NCBI GenBank assembly: GCA_964016885.1
Contig: OZ024762.1
Span: 18,538,001-18,602,000, forward strand
Direction: 5' to 3'
DNA length: 64,000 nucleotides
Source of the DNA: Eledone cirrhosa
Lineage: Eukaryota
Of this stretch, positions 1-14,462 are shown piece after piece. Each line of letters opens with the position of its first letter. The first letter of the stretch is position 1. The notes beneath the pieces are model-generated. The model did no database searches and was not told the origin of the DNA. It worked only from the letters and a program-made list of their open reading frames with translations. The position numbers and the translations under genes were made by a program.

Positions 1-260
1 AAATATCGTTATCAGTACTAGCAGTAGTAGTAGTCGTAGTGGTAGTATGGAGCAGTAGTGGTAGTATTAGTATTAGTAGTCGTAGTAGGAACAGATCATC
101 ATCATCATCATGATAATGATGATGATGATGATCATCATCATCAGTAGAAGTAGTATTAGTAGTAGTTGTATCATCATCATCATAATCATCATCATCATCA
201 TCATCAGTAATAGCAGCAGTAGTAGTAGTAGTAGTGTTGGTAGTAGTAGTAGTAGTGTTG

Positions 261-319
<59 letters not shown>

Positions 320-326
320 GGTGGTG

Positions 327-381
<55 letters not shown>

Positions 382-497
382 CAGTAGTAGTAGTAGTGGC
401 AGTAGTAGTAGTGGTAGTAGTAGTAGTGGTAGTAATAGTAGTGGCAGTAGTAGTAGTAGTAGTGGCAGTAGTAGTAGTAGTAGTAGTAGTGGTGGTA

Positions 498-538
<41 letters not shown>

Positions 539-590
539 GGTGGTAGTAGTAGTAGTGGTGGTAGTGGTGGTAGTAGTAGTAGTAGTAGTA
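1..590. repeat. Trinucleotide microsatellite complex (TAG/TGG/ATC)n
   Basis: Directly visible; gives poly-S/V/Y pseudo-ORFs. Confidence 0.97.
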
Positions 591-650
591 CCGAGACAAT
601 TTGATAAGGTTTTAATGTTTTGTTTTGCTTTCTTTTGTATAAGTTTGTAA

Positions 651-1392
651 TGTATGTGTGTGTGTGTGTGTGTACGTATGTATGTATGTGTGTGGGTGTA
701 CGTATGTATGTATGTGTGTGTGTGTGTACGTATGTATGTGTGTGTGGGTGTACGTATGTATTATGTGTGTGGGTGTACGTATGTATGTATGTGTGTGGGT
801 GTACGTATGTATGTATGTGTGTGTGTGTGTACGTATGTATGTATGTGTGTGTGGGTGTACATATGTATGTATGTGTGTGTGGGTGTACGTATGTATGTAT
901 GTGTGTGTGTGTGTGCGTATGTATGTGTGTGTGGGTGTACGTATGTATTATGTGTGTGGGTGTACGTATGTATGTATGTGTGTGTGTGTGTACGTATGTA
1001 TGTATGTGTGTGTGGGTGTACATATGTATGTATGTATGTGTGTGGGTGTACGTATGTATGTATGTGTGTGGGTGAACGTATGTATGTATGTGTGTGTGTG
1101 GGTGTACATATGTATGTATGTATGTGTGTGGGTGTACGTATGTATGTATGTGTGTGGGTGTACGTATGTATGTATGTGTGTGGGTGTACGTATGTATGTG
1201 TGTGGGTGTACGTATGTATGTATGTGTTTGTGGGTGTCTGTATGTATGTATGTGTATGTACATATGTATGTATGTATGTATTTATGTATGTATATATGTA
1301 TGTATATATGGTATGTGTATATATGTATGTATATATGGTATGTGTATACATGTATGTATATATGTATGTATGTATGTATGTATTTATGTGTG
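651..1392. repeat. Compound (TG)n/(TATG)n/GGGTGTAC repeat
   Basis: Directly visible. Confidence 0.95.
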
Positions 1393-1980
1393 ACTGAGCG
1401 GAGAATTTGCTGAGCTAGTTACAGAGCGGAGAATTTGCTGAGCTAGTTACTGAACGGAGTATTTGCTGAGCTAGATACTGAGCGGAGTATTTGCTGAGCT
1501 AGTTACTGAGCGGAGAATTTGCTGAGCTAGTTACAGAGCGGAGAATTTGCTGAGCTAGATACTGAACGGAGTATTTGCTGAGCTAGTTACAGAGCGGAGA
1601 ATTTGCTGAGCTAGTTACTGAACGGAGTATTTGCTGAGCTAGTTACAGAGCGGAGAATTTGGTGAGCTAGATACTGAGCGGAGTATTTGCTGAGCTAGTT
1701 ACTGAGCGGAGAATTTGCTGAGCTAGTTACAGAGCGGAGTATTTGCTGAGATAGATACTGAACGGAGAATTTGCTGAGCTAGTTACAGAGCGGAGAATTT
1801 GCTGAGCTAGTTACAGAGCGGAGAATTTGCTGAGCTAGTTACAGAGCGGAGAATTTGCTGAGCTAGTTACTGAGCGGAGTATTTGCTGAGCTAGTTACTG
1901 AACGGAGTATTTGCTGAGCTAGTTACTGAGCGGAGAATTTGCTGAGCTAGTTACAGAGCGGAGAATTTATTGAATTAGAT
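1393..1980 (+). repeat. 28-bp minisatellite, ~20 copies (ACTGAGCGGAGAATTTGCTGAGCTAGTT)
   Basis: Near-identical head-to-tail units with no spacers. Confidence 0.95.
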
Positions 1981-2479
1981 ATTGATACTGAGCTGAGGTG
2001 GATATTGAGCGGAGTACTAATTGAACTAAGATTATGATAAAGAAGAAAAAGATGAAGAAGATGAAGAAGAAAAAGTAGTAGTAGTAGTACCACCAATATA
2101 TTTTCCTCAATGAATCAACGCCAGTTCGCTATCAAATGTGATTCAATGAAACCATTTTATCTTTCGGTTTCAAATAACGAATGTCTCCCTACCACCACCA
2201 AAACAACATGCACTACTACTACTACTTCTACTACTACTACTACTACTACTTTATCATAATCTTAGTTCAATAAGTACTCCGCTCAATATCCACCTCAGAA
2301 AATGCTCAGCTCAGTATCGCTATCTAATTCAACACATTCACCGCTCAATAACTAAATCAGTAAATTGGATAAAGATCCCATAACTCCATGTGGAGTCGTA
2401 GAGGCACCGTCATACGGCATGTCTAGGGCACATTTATACCTGGTGGAGTCCAACCCTCTCCAGGTCTGAACACAGCCGA

Positions 2480-2660
2480 TTTTTTCTATAGAGGAAGAAT
2501 CGACCCCGGTACTGGACTGGCACCTTTTTTTATCGACCTCAAAAGGAAGAAAGGGAAAAGTGACCTCGGCGGGATTTGAACTCTGAACGCGCAATGAGGT
2601 GGGACGAATACCGTAAAGCATTCTATCCGACGTCTTAACAACTCTTCCAATTCACCACCT
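2480..2660 (-). mobile_element. tRNA-derived SINE (diverged copy)
   Basis: ctcggcgggatttgaactct (B-box reverse complement) and the tcgacc...aaagtgacc core shared with other copies. Confidence 0.8.
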
Positions 2661-3185
2661 CTAATTCAGAAATACTCTCCTTAAAATCTAATTCAGAAAT
2701 GCTCTACTTAAAATCTAATTCAGTAAATACTCTGCACAAAATCTAATTAGTAAATTCTCAGCTCAGTATTTTATTCAACAAATTCTCCGCTCAATACCTT
2801 ATTCAGCGAATTCTCCGATCAGTATCTTATTCAGCAAATTCTCCGCTCAAAATTTAATTCACCAAATTCTCCTCGCAAAATCTAATTCAGGAAATTCTCT
2901 GCTCAGTATGTAGCTCACCAAATTCTCCGCTTAATTTCTAGTCAAGCAACTTATCTGCTCAGTACCCAGTTAAGCAAATTCTCTGCTTAGTACTCAGTTA
3001 AGCAAATTATCTGCTCAGTACCTAGTTAGCAAATTTTCCGCTCAGTTTCTAGATAAGTAAATTATCCGCCCAGTTTCTAGTTAAACAAATTCTCCGCTCA
3101 GTACCTAGTTAAGCAAATTCTCCGCTCAGTATTAAATAGAACAAATGCACAGCTCAATATCTGCAGCTAGTTCAGTAAATACTCG
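2650..3185 (-). repeat. Degenerate inverted array of the same ~28-bp unit
   Basis: Units such as AGCAAATTCTCCGCTCAGT are the reverse complement of the 1393-1980 unit. Confidence 0.85.
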
Positions 3186-3214
3186 AGCTGTGAATGATTG
3201 GAGCATATATTTCT

Positions 3215-3330
3215 GTAATTTGATAAGGAAACTAATCTTCTGTTTACATCTACATCAACATATAAATAGCCTTCCTCTAAATTAGTGACTGAAAACATAA
3301 TAGCAGCCTCCAACGAAAATTATAGTAAGC
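3215..3330 (+). promoter_or_regulatory. Candidate TATA promoter plus short non-coding first exon (donor GTAAGC at 3325)
   Basis: TGATAAG (GATA-like), TGTTTAC (Fox-like), TATAAATA at 3261, then a splice-donor-like site ~60 nt downstream. Confidence 0.3.
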
Positions 3331-3404
3331 AACAAACATAAATGAATTATAAAAATCAACACACATGTACACACACACACGCATACACATATACCCATAA
3401 TATA

Positions 3405-3437
<33 letters not shown>

Positions 3438-3459
3438 TGTATGTATGTATGTATATTTT

Positions 3460-4104
3460 TCTCTTTCTCTTAATTTTGAGTATATTTATTGACCGGCCAC
3501 CTTCCTGGTGGCAAGGTTGTAAAAGAAAAGAAATTGTCATCCCTTGAATCGCAAGAATGTTTTGCAAATTTTGAAGGTGCCAGCTATCGCAGCCATTTGT
3601 AGACTATGAATTAGGGAGCTGCGCTTTTTGTCCGCAAATCCAAGTTCAGTCATACTTTGGTCCAAGCGGGTTGGTATATAACCCGTAGCACCAATAATGA
3701 TGGGTACGAAGCTAAAGGTGTATCTTGGATACTGGATTTGTAAACTCCTCATCAATGGTCCGTAGATGTCCTCCTTCTCCTGTATTTTTCTGACAACGTT
3801 TACATCAAGTGGGCAGCTGATCTCCACAACAGAACACGTTTTCAATGTGTGGTCCCAAACAACAATATCAGGCCGGTTGTGCTTTAATTTGGTGGCAGTT
3901 TTTATTTTCAGGTTCCACCAGTATTCCTTAGTGCCATCTGTCTCAATATATTCTTCCTCGTTTGTTGTTGATTTTGTTTTCCGAAGTGCGTTCCAGATGG
4001 TTCTAGCTATCCCATCGTGTCTCATGGGGAGGTAGTAGCGAGATGACATTCTTTCGCAGCTGGCAACAATGTGGCTTACATCCTCGATCTTTGTTTTACA
4101 TCTT
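3460..4104 (-). mobile_element. 5'-truncated RLE-type (R4/Dong-like) non-LTR retrotransposon 3' end
   Basis: Cys/His knuckle remnant (C..EDVSHIVASC), RHD and RPDIVVW..VVEISCP restriction-like endonuclease motifs; flanked by (TATG)n on both sides. Confidence 0.9.
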
Positions 4105-4714
4105 ATGTATGTATGTATGTATGTATGTATGTATGTATGTATGTATGTATGTATGTATGTATGTATGTTTGTATGTATGTATGTATGTATGTATGTATGT
4201 ATGTATGTATGTATGTATGTTTGTATGTATGTATGTATGTTTGTATGTATGTATGTATGTATGTATGTATGTATGTATGTATGTATGTATGCATGTATGT
4301 ATGAGCGTACGTATGCATGCGTGTATGTATGAGCGTATGTATGCATGCCTGTATGTATGTACGTACGAGCGTATATACGTTATGTATGTTTGTATATATG
4401 TATGTATGTAGGTATGTATGTGTGTATGTATTTATGTGTTTGTGTGTATGTATGTATGTACGCATACATAAATGTATAATATATCTATGCACAGTGGCGG
4501 ACTGGGTCTAAAAACATTGGTTGCCATGAGATAAAAGGGGGCCCACCTACATATAGAATGCTATCATTTAATTTTTATAATGAATAAATAACATTTTCAA
4601 AAAATATATAAGCGAAAACAAAACAGTGCAATCAAATTTTTGCGGAAAAAATGCGTATTTTTTTTTACTAATTATAGTGTATATATGCTGTACATATTAC
4701 TGGCAGTATGCAGT

Positions 4715-4950
4715 AATAATTGTTTCTACGTTAGGAACAAGGCCAGCAATTACCCAGTGCATTACTGGTACTTTATTTTATCGACCCCGTAAGGATGAAA
4801 GGCAAAGTTAACCTCGGCGGGATTTGAACTCAGATCGTAAAGAGACGTAACTATGCTGGAAAGCATGGCGTCCGACCCTCTACCGATACTGCCAATCCAC
4901 CACACTAGCATGGCGTCCGACGCTCTACCGATGCTGCCAATCCACCGCCC
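4715..4950 (-). mobile_element. tRNA-derived SINE (Nin-domain-like core)
   Basis: Reverse complement has A-box TGGCAGTATCGG, B-box GAGTTCAAATCC and core gcctttcatccttacggggtcgataaaataaagtaccag. Confidence 0.9.
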
Positions 4951-5029
4951 TATACAGTAATAATAACTGTTAATACAGAATGTTATAATTAATTTTTTGA
5001 ATAATTTTGAATGTATAACATACTCTTAT

Positions 5030-5132
5030 TTAGCAGAGTATGCGTCCTTTATGATCTGAGTTCAAATCCCGCCGAGGTTAACTTTGCCTTTCATCCTTAC
5101 GGGGGTCGATAAAATAAAGTACCAGTAATGTG
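5030..5132 (+). mobile_element. SINE partial copy
   Basis: B-box plus core identical to family. Confidence 0.85.
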
Positions 5133-5139
5133 CTGTGTA

Positions 5140-5395
5140 ATTGCATGGAATGGCTCTTCCAGCGCATCTCCCTCACCATCCTCCGGGGAAACGCCTTCTC
5201 CATTCTGTCCGCCGGGTCTTCGGCGCGGCATTTGGGCTGATGTGGAGCACGTGGGACCCCATTTGCTCACTATAGAGAGAGATGGGGAGGGCGAGAGAGA
5301 GATGGAGGCGATGACAGTGGGAGTTCGGCTCTTCTGTGTTCGGACATATTGAACCTGTCCAGCGTATATTTTCATACTTGTGACGAACATTGTGA
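5140..5395 (+). mobile_element. CRE-like RLE retrotransposon 3' fragment
   Basis: Same sequence as 31830-32000 and 43470-43660 (..EWLFQRISLTILRGNAF..). Confidence 0.7.
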
Positions 5396-6381
5396 ATTCC
5401 CATTGTAGCTCCCAGCTAAAGTGAAATTCGACACCGAAAGTTTAATATAGAAATAGTTTCTACAGGACTAGAACTGTTTCATTCGAAACCACTATCATAT
5501 ATTTTGGTTTCTATTAATTCCATAGGGAATTGTTTGACTAAATGCTTTCCTTATTTGTTTATTTATTAAAAAAAAAAAATTATTCTTTCTTTTAGACTTA
5601 TTTTTAAAGATACTTTTCGAAAGCAAAGCATCCCCCTATTTGCCCCCCCCCCTCCTCCCCGCCCCGCCATTAGATCCTGCTCTGCGTCGGATGCACTGTA
5701 CCAATAATTCAAAGGGGTCAGATTTGTCAAACGCTGCACTACATGGAAACTCCACAATAATTACGTTACGGATACACGTGGATACACGTGTCTGTAGAAT
5801 GATTATCCAATTACACGTTAATTTCACAAGCAGGCTGTTCTGTTGAGCGAACAATTGAAACACGCTGTTCGTCGATACCGACGGAGGTCCTTTCCTTTCC
5901 ATTCCATTATGTTCCAGCTGTTCTCTTGGTTTGATTTTAATCAACAGAACTGAGAAATATTGCAGCCCTTTTCTTCACTGTTCTTCACATCGTTTTTTTT
6001 TTATAAACGCGACCGCCATTTGATACATTTATGTCGATGCTATACACATGATATAACGGTTTTCACTTACGTTGCCCTCATATTGCATAAATTTTAATTC
6101 GCTTCATTTCATTGTTGTGCGCCATCTTTGTTGTTGGTCTCTTATAAATGTTTTCTATTGATCATCGAAGGTAATCTGTTTTCTGTTCTGTCCTCACAAA
6201 CAGCGATCTGCTTTCCATATTGCAGCTTCTTTCAATACTACCTGATTATTAAATATCTGCGTACACTTGTCATCCAAAAAGGGGTGACATTTTGAATCCC
6301 CCCCTCTCTCTCTCTATATATATATATATATTATATATACACACATATATATATATATTCAAATATATATATATATATATG

Positions 6382-6412
<31 letters not shown>

Positions 6413-6451
6413 CCACACACACCCCCACACACACACTTTAATATAGGAATG

Positions 6452-6500
6452 GCTTCTACAGGACTAGAACTGTTTCATTCGGGAGAAATCATCAGGAAGC
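6452..6500 (-). ncRNA. Hammerhead-like motif in TA-embedded repeat
   Basis: rc: gcttc-CTGATGA-tttctcccgaat-GAAAC-agttcta-GTC-ctgta-gaagc. Confidence 0.5.
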
Positions 6501-6547
6501 TTGAGTACCTTATTACTGTGGTTACACCCGATTGAACCCGGGATAAA

Positions 6548-6588
<41 letters not shown>

Positions 6589-6889
6589 GCACACACACAC
6601 ACAAATATATATATATTTCGTAAAATAATGGGAAAACTGAATGCAAGAAAGCTGTCAAAACAGCAAAATGCCCTCATTGACTGCGTCCGGTAAAATTTAC
6701 CTCAAAGGCGAGAAGTGTGTTGGACCGCGGGCCAACAGACTTCTAGCCGTTGATTTCAATCCTTTGAGGTAAATCTTACAAAATTCCTCCATTAACGGCT
6801 GTTTTAACAACTTTCTGGTGTTGAGGTTTTCCCATTATCCCACGAATTCCAATGCACTCGAGTTTCAAATTCGATATTCGAGATAAGTG

Positions 6890-7150
6890 TGCCGCGTCTC
6901 CCAGAGACCAGTGTCTGTCCTTAGGGCATCAGCATATGTCAACCTCGGTCTCCCTCTTCCAGTGTGTCAGTGTAGGGGGCTCCCACAGGAGCACTGAGTG
7001 CAGTGTCAACTCTGAATGTCGGTGAGCATGTCCATCTAACCTCAGTCTCCCCTGTGTCACTTTCGAGCTGATCTTCGGGAGGCTCCCGTACAGCTTTGAG
7101 TTCTTCATCCTCAGTGTATACTGATTAATGTTCAGAGCCATTATCAGCAT
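6890..7150 (-). mobile_element. RTE-type LINE 3' fragment
   Basis: LYGSLPKISSKVTQGRLRLDGHAHRH..VLLWEP; homologous to 14463-14750. Confidence 0.8.
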
Positions 7151-7761
7151 CTCGGCTTCAGAGAGGGAAGCTCAACCACAGGTCACATTCTGATGCCGAG
7201 GGGGATTCTATTGGGAGCTAGAGCAAAGAGCCTTCCTGCTGCCATGGTTTTCATTTGATTAGTCACTATTTTTGTTATATTTTATTTTATTTTTATATTT
7301 TGTTATTGCCTCCTCCTTATTGAGGACGCCTTTTTGTGTAAACTCCCCCCCATTGTACTTGTCCCACTTTTGATGCCCTGGTGGCAAATAAAAGAAACAT
7401 ATCTATCTATCTAAATGCATCTATCTAAATGCATCTATCTAAATGCATCTATCTATCTACGTGGTGGTGATGGTGATGATGGTGGTGAATGCAATTTCAC
7501 CAAACATGCAAAACTGGAATTATCATCAACGATGATTCCATTTCCAGAACTACATCACACTCTAGCTATCAGAGAAGTTCTAGAACTATCTTCTGCTGCT
7601 AACGTTTAGGGAGCCAATTTGATCAGAAGCACGTAAGGTTTCACGGACATTCCCGATGTTCGAAATAAGATATATGCGCACCATTACTGTCACAAATATA
7701 TATTCGGTTACTCTTTCGTTTTTATATTCTTTTAATCGTTTATTATTTTATACTTTTAAAG

Positions 7762-7972
7762 GGCAGTGAATTGGCAGTATCGATAGAGGGTCGGATACCA
7801 TGATTTGCAGCATAGAGTCCTTTATGATCTGAGTTCAAATCCCGCCGAGGTTAACTTTGCCTTTCACCCTTATGTGGTCGATAAAATAAAGTACCAGTAA
7901 CGTACTAGGGTCGATTTAATCGATTTTCCCCCGCCCCAAAATTGCTGGCCTTGTGCCTATATAAGAAACCAT
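7762..7972 (+). mobile_element. tRNA-derived SINE, near full length
   Basis: A/B boxes, core and 3' tail. Confidence 0.9.
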
Positions 7973-8075
7973 TATTTCATACTTTTATGTATACTCTTTT
8001 ACTCTTTTACTCTTTTACATGTTCCAGCCATCAGGCTGAGGTCACGCTGGAGTACCGACCTTGTTGCTACACGTT

Positions 8076-8650
8076 CTATATACAGCCTGTGCTGGCTGCC
8101 CATTGGTGTAGGAGAGAGTTCGTTGCTGCTGCCCTTAGGTTACCTTCGTACCTTGCTGTGGGCTCACCTGGGATCCTGGATAGCAGAGTGTCAAGATGTT
8201 CCTTGAAAAGATCCGCGTCCAAACTATGCAGATCTCTCAAATCTCTTGGCCGCGTATTGAAGTGTTGAGGGTCTTTGAACCCCAGGCTATTGCAATATCT
8301 GCTCCTTACTGTAGATATGAAAGATGGGACCTTTGGCACTACACAGTGACGTCATGTTCGGGGGTTGGTCCAGCTCTCAATGCCAAAGTTTGGTGCTAGT
8401 CCCTCCAGGATCTTCCATATGTATATCACTGCGTATCTCTCCCGTTCTAAGGAGTAGTGTTTCAGTTCTTTTAGCCTCTCCCAGTAGATCATCTCCTTCA
8501 TCGTGGCAATCCTCTTGGTGTAGCCTCGTTGGGTGACCACAGTCGGCTTAGGACAAATGTCCTCCATAGTACCAACGTTGCCTCTCGGTTTCTTGTCCTG
8601 AAAGTCCTCAAGATCCAGCCAGCGAGTCGTCTGCACATTGTCGCCTCTCT
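8076..8650 (-). mobile_element. CR1/L2-group LINE 3' fragment
   Basis: YWERLKELKHYSLERERYAVIYIWKILEG...FKEHLDTLLSRIP; frameshifted. Confidence 0.8.
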
Positions 8651-8971
8651 CATGATGTGTGAATAATATACATATAAGTATAAAAAAATGTGCTCAAGAT
8701 AGTTTATAACACAGGGTGAAGACCCTTAAAAGACGGAAAGAGAAGTTACCATAGGCCACTATGAGTAATTGAACGTCATATCTTCCAGATACAGGATATA
8801 CGCTTTAACCATTAAGCTAAGGAGCCATGATGTGTCCTTTTCCCTTATTTTAACTAGATAACTGGACAACAGCTTTCAGATGTCAGCAGGTAGGCGGAGA
8901 CCGACAGACAGACACCTGTATGTAAACAAACAATGTACGAAGCCGAATTTTCGGCTTTCTGAAGCGTTGAG

Positions 8972-9131
<160 letters not shown>

Positions 9132-9274
9132 GCGAAAGAAATCTATTTGAACACTCTCCTGCTACTTATAACTCTTTATATGCATCTGTACACCATCCCT
9201 TAATTATTACTGTCGTTATTATTACTTCTGCTATATGTATATAATTTATACTATACACAAACACACACTAACTG

Positions 9275-9318
<44 letters not shown>

Positions 9319-9599
9319 GTGTTAGGGTGTGTGTTTTTGTGTATAGTATAAATTATTGCATGAGGAAAAACCGGTACTCCTTTGCTTGTTTTTCCTAATA
9401 CATTAATTTATATTTACTTACTTACTGTGGAACTAGTATGATCCTAAAAGATTGAACATGACACATGACTCCATTAACCACAGAAAAAATATTTGGTAAG
9501 CTGTGCTTTCACTAATATTTACATAATCATCCTACATATACGATTTTACCAACATAAAGTGAAAATTCCCTTATCTTCTCATATATATATATATGTGTG

Positions 9600-9641
<42 letters not shown>

Positions 9642-9695
9642 TATATATAAATATATATACATATATATAAAAAAAAAATATATAAATATATATAC

Positions 9696-9727
<32 letters not shown>

Positions 9728-9776
9728 GTATATACACATATATATATATAAATATAAATAAATAAATATATATATA

Positions 9777-9924
<148 letters not shown>

Positions 9925-9929
9925 TTGTA

Positions 9930-10492
9930 GCGGCGATAAATTAGTTTAGCGAGGTTTTTTATATGAAATCGTGTGTCGAAACAAATATTCTTATACTTGG
10001 GGAGGGTCATATTTGTGTAATATTGCCAGAATTAATAACAGAACACACTCACTGTTTGGTTGGTTTTCGCTTTTCGCTGTCTTTTATATCTGCGATCTAA
10101 CTTACTCGGTCCTCAATGTTGCCATTGACTGACCGACGGTCAAAAATAATACAGATACAATATAGACACAAACACATATATATAGGTTACATAATTTACA
10201 TAAATCTTTCGTTGCACATCTGCAACATCGTCAGTGGTGTTATATTTTTTCCTCCTGTTGTGTTGTATGTCTACGGCATTTTTTATTCAGCCTGTCTATA
10301 TCATATCTGTCTATATTGTATCTGTATTATTTTTAACCGTCGGTCAGTCAATGGTAACATTGAGGACCGAGTAAGTTAGATCGCAGATATAAAAGACAGC
10401 GAGAAGCGAAAACCAACCAAACAGTGAGTGTGTTCTGTTATTAATTCTGGCAATATTACACAAATATGACCCTCCCCAAGTATAACAATATA
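9930..10492. repeat. TA-embedded repeat with ~150-bp inverted arms (9985-10140 / 10336-10490)
   Basis: Arms are reverse complements; the family recurs at ~28010, ~47400 and ~61400. Confidence 0.85.
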
Positions 10493-10496
10493 TATT

Positions 10497-10566
<70 letters not shown>

Positions 10567-10731
10567 CACATATATATATATATATCTTTCTCTCCGTCTT
10601 TCTCTAATTGTGCTTAACACTATAACTAATAAAATAATATAAACATTTCACTATCCAGACAGCTTCCAAAAATAATGGTTGCATTTAATAGGGTACGTCA
10701 ACATTATTTATAAAACTGTTTATATATTGTA

Positions 10732-10790
10732 TTTTGTCTGATGAAGGCATACCATATTTTAATTTGGTATCCCTGAAATATGTATAATGA
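10732..10790 (+). ncRNA. Hammerhead-like motif
   Basis: CTGATGA-agg.atacca..tggtat.cct-GAAA-tatgtATA; same family at ~15100 and 23546. Confidence 0.55.
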
Positions 10791-10833
10791 AATAAATATG
10801 GTTTTATAATTATAGTTTCCATTTATTAATATC

Positions 10834-10904
<71 letters not shown>

Positions 10905-11106
10905 TATATATATATATTTATAGATATATATAGATGCGCGAGCGCGTATAGATGTGGCGATTTCATATAAAATGTGTCAGGTGTATGTATACAGTAGTGT
11001 ATAACATGTTATACACATGTTATATACATACGTGCGTTAATAAATGAGGTGCAGCTGTTTTCTGGAATCCAAAGTAGCTCGAGAAATGTAACCAGAGGAG
11101 TATGAT

Positions 11107-11232
<126 letters not shown>

Positions 11233-11402
11233 ATATAATATATATACGTATATATATATATATATGTATTTATATATACATGTATATATATATATATGTA
11301 TATATATACACACATATATAATTGCTTATATATATGTATACCACATATAAACATATATCTGCATACATATTTATATACACACATATATATGTATATACAT
11401 GC

Positions 11403-11433
<31 letters not shown>

Positions 11434-11510
11434 CATGCATACATACTACATACATGCATACCTACATAGACACACATATACATACACACATTCATACATA
11501 CATACATATA

Positions 11511-11598
<88 letters not shown>

Positions 11599-11688
11599 CG
11601 TGTGTTTATATATATATATATATATATAAATATATAATGCAGCCATCCTTACACACAAATATACATACATATATATATATAGATATGC

Positions 11689-11834
<146 letters not shown>

Positions 11835-12204
11835 TCATATATACACTAATACATACATACATACATACATACATACATACATACATACATACATACATAC
11901 ATACATACACCCAGCACACATTATGTAGGTTTGGGAATCGATACAGGCACACCATCTGCTACTCCTATATCTAACGTAAGTTTGAATTCCTTTATAAAAA
12001 CAACAAAAACAAAAAGAAAAGAAGTCTTCACATTCAGTCTTTTCATCGGCCCTCACAGAATCGAAAGAAAACCTATGTTTCCCTGTATGAATAGAGATCT
12101 ACGTCCTTCTCCTCTCCCTTTCTCTCCCCTCTGTTCCTCCCCCCTCCATCTCCTCACCGTCACCATCATCATTATCATCATCATTATCTATGTATATGCA
12201 CGTA

Positions 12205-12240
<36 letters not shown>

Positions 12241-12250
12241 CACATACACG

Positions 12251-12331
<81 letters not shown>

Positions 12332-12643
12332 TTACACAATCATACATATAAACGTACTTATATATATATATATATATATATATATGGATATGTTGTATAT
12401 ATATATGTGTATATATACATATACATATATATATAAATATATATATATATATAAATATATATATATATAGATATGTATATATATATATGTATATATATAC
12501 ATATGCATATATATATAAATATATATATATATATGGATATGTATATATATATATATATATGTATATATATACATATACATATATATTTATATATATATAT
12601 ATATATATATGGCAAGTAAGTATGTTTTGACGGTGAAAGCTAT

Positions 12644-12708
<65 letters not shown>

Positions 12709-13170
12709 TATATATATATATGGAGAGAGAGAGATAAATAAATAGATAGGTAGATACACCCAAAGATATCGAAAATCTATGAAAAATCAATGGAATAATA
12801 GAGAAAGAAACAATATATTTCTGAATGTGAATCTGAATATATCTTTAGTTTGAATTTTCCAAGGAAACGACAACAGCAACAATAAAAGATAAGTACGAAA
12901 GTATAGAAAACGAAATTTGAATATATAGCGTCGTGAAAAGAAGAATCGAACTATAGAAGACGTGGTTAGTTAGTAAATAGGAGAGCTGAAGCTGCTGCTT
13001 ATATCTATATCTCTTTTATTCATGAGATGTTTTAGATGTTTTATTGTTGGTTTGTTTGATTGTTGGGCTATCGTCTGTTCTTCTTCAAAATGGAACATTC
13101 GTAGCATTCGTATCACCATTGTAAATGTGATGTGACGTGATGTTGTGTGATGGTCACTAGTATATCAAGG

Positions 13171-13250
<80 letters not shown>

Positions 13251-13419
13251 GTACCTGAAATATATATATATATACAAATAAAATGTAGTTTTATACACTC
13301 ATAACAATACCCTGCAATAATTAAGCTCAAAGTAAAAATACACTGAGCATTTTATAATATATATAAAGGAATAAACACAGTAAATTGTGTGTTGTATATA
13401 TATATATATGTGTATATAT

Positions 13420-13609
13420 ATAACTAAGGAGTTGTGGTAAGGAACCAGATGGACCACAACGCACCAAAGTACTCAATACTTAGGGTAGTAGAGTGGGTAA
13501 TATGAGAAAGTATGACTCCGACGACAGAGCTCAAGCCGTTTCGACGGCTATTTAGTTCAGAAATAGCCGTCGAAACGGCTTGAGCTCTGACGTCGGGGTC
13601 ATACTTTCT

Positions 13610-13656
<47 letters not shown>

Positions 13657-13843
13657 GTAGAACACTGGTGGGTTATATCCGTAATAATAGAGAGAGTAGT
13701 AGTTCCACAACAGTTAGTTCACCATACCGAGAACAAAAGTATTCGGATACTCAGCTCGGTCTAAAACGGTTTTAAACCAAGCTGAGGATCCGAATAAGGT
13801 GAAACATTTGTTCTCGGTATGGTGAACTAACTGTTGTGGAACT

Positions 13844-13942
<99 letters not shown>

Positions 13943-14140
13943 ACAAAGAAAGTGTGGTAAGGAAACAGGTGGACCATAACGCACCAGAGTATTCAATACT
14001 TAGGGTAGTAGAGTGGGTAGTATGAAAAGAGTCAGGCACCCGACGGCTGAGCTCCAGCCGTTTCGACAGCTAGATTTGAACTCGGATCTAGCTGTCGAAA
14101 CGGCCGGAGCTCAGCCGTCGGGTTCCTAATTCCTTTCATA
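13420..14140. repeat. Cluster of fold-back repeats (hairpins 13503-13610, 13706-13840, 14025-14140)
   Basis: Near-perfect palindromes, e.g. gagctcaagccgtttcgacggctattt..aaatagccgtcgaaacggcttgagctc; hammerhead-like motif at 13778-13817. Confidence 0.85.
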
Positions 14141-14462
14141 TATACAGACTCACACACAGACACACACATATATATATAATATATAATATATATAGATCTT
14201 CGTATGTGCTTCCCTTTTAACTTAATATATATATATAAGTGAATATAAAAGAGAAATAAACACAGATATAAACATACATTTGTTCAAATCGTAAGGGACC
14301 AAGTTCGCTAGGCAGTTGCCCAATATAGGTTTGTATTTCTTTTTCTTGATTTATTATTTTAAATTGAGTCTGGCAAACCATATTGTTAATAGGTAATATT
14401 TTTTCAACCTAGCGAACTTGGTCCCTTACGATTTGAACACATGTATGCTTCTATCTATCTAT

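Noticed and set aside
73-1413. Long ORFs rich in His/Thr/Tyr, Ser or Val/Cys/Met
   Set aside because: Translations of stop-free microsatellites, open in many frames on both strands
1393-1980. CRISPR array
   Set aside because: Units are contiguous with no unique spacers, there are no cas genes, and the context is eukaryotic
13022-13125. Hydrophobic stretch DVLLLVCLIVGLSSVLLQNG as gene A signal exon
   Set aside because: No in-frame ATG (TGA immediately upstream) and no phase-1 donor
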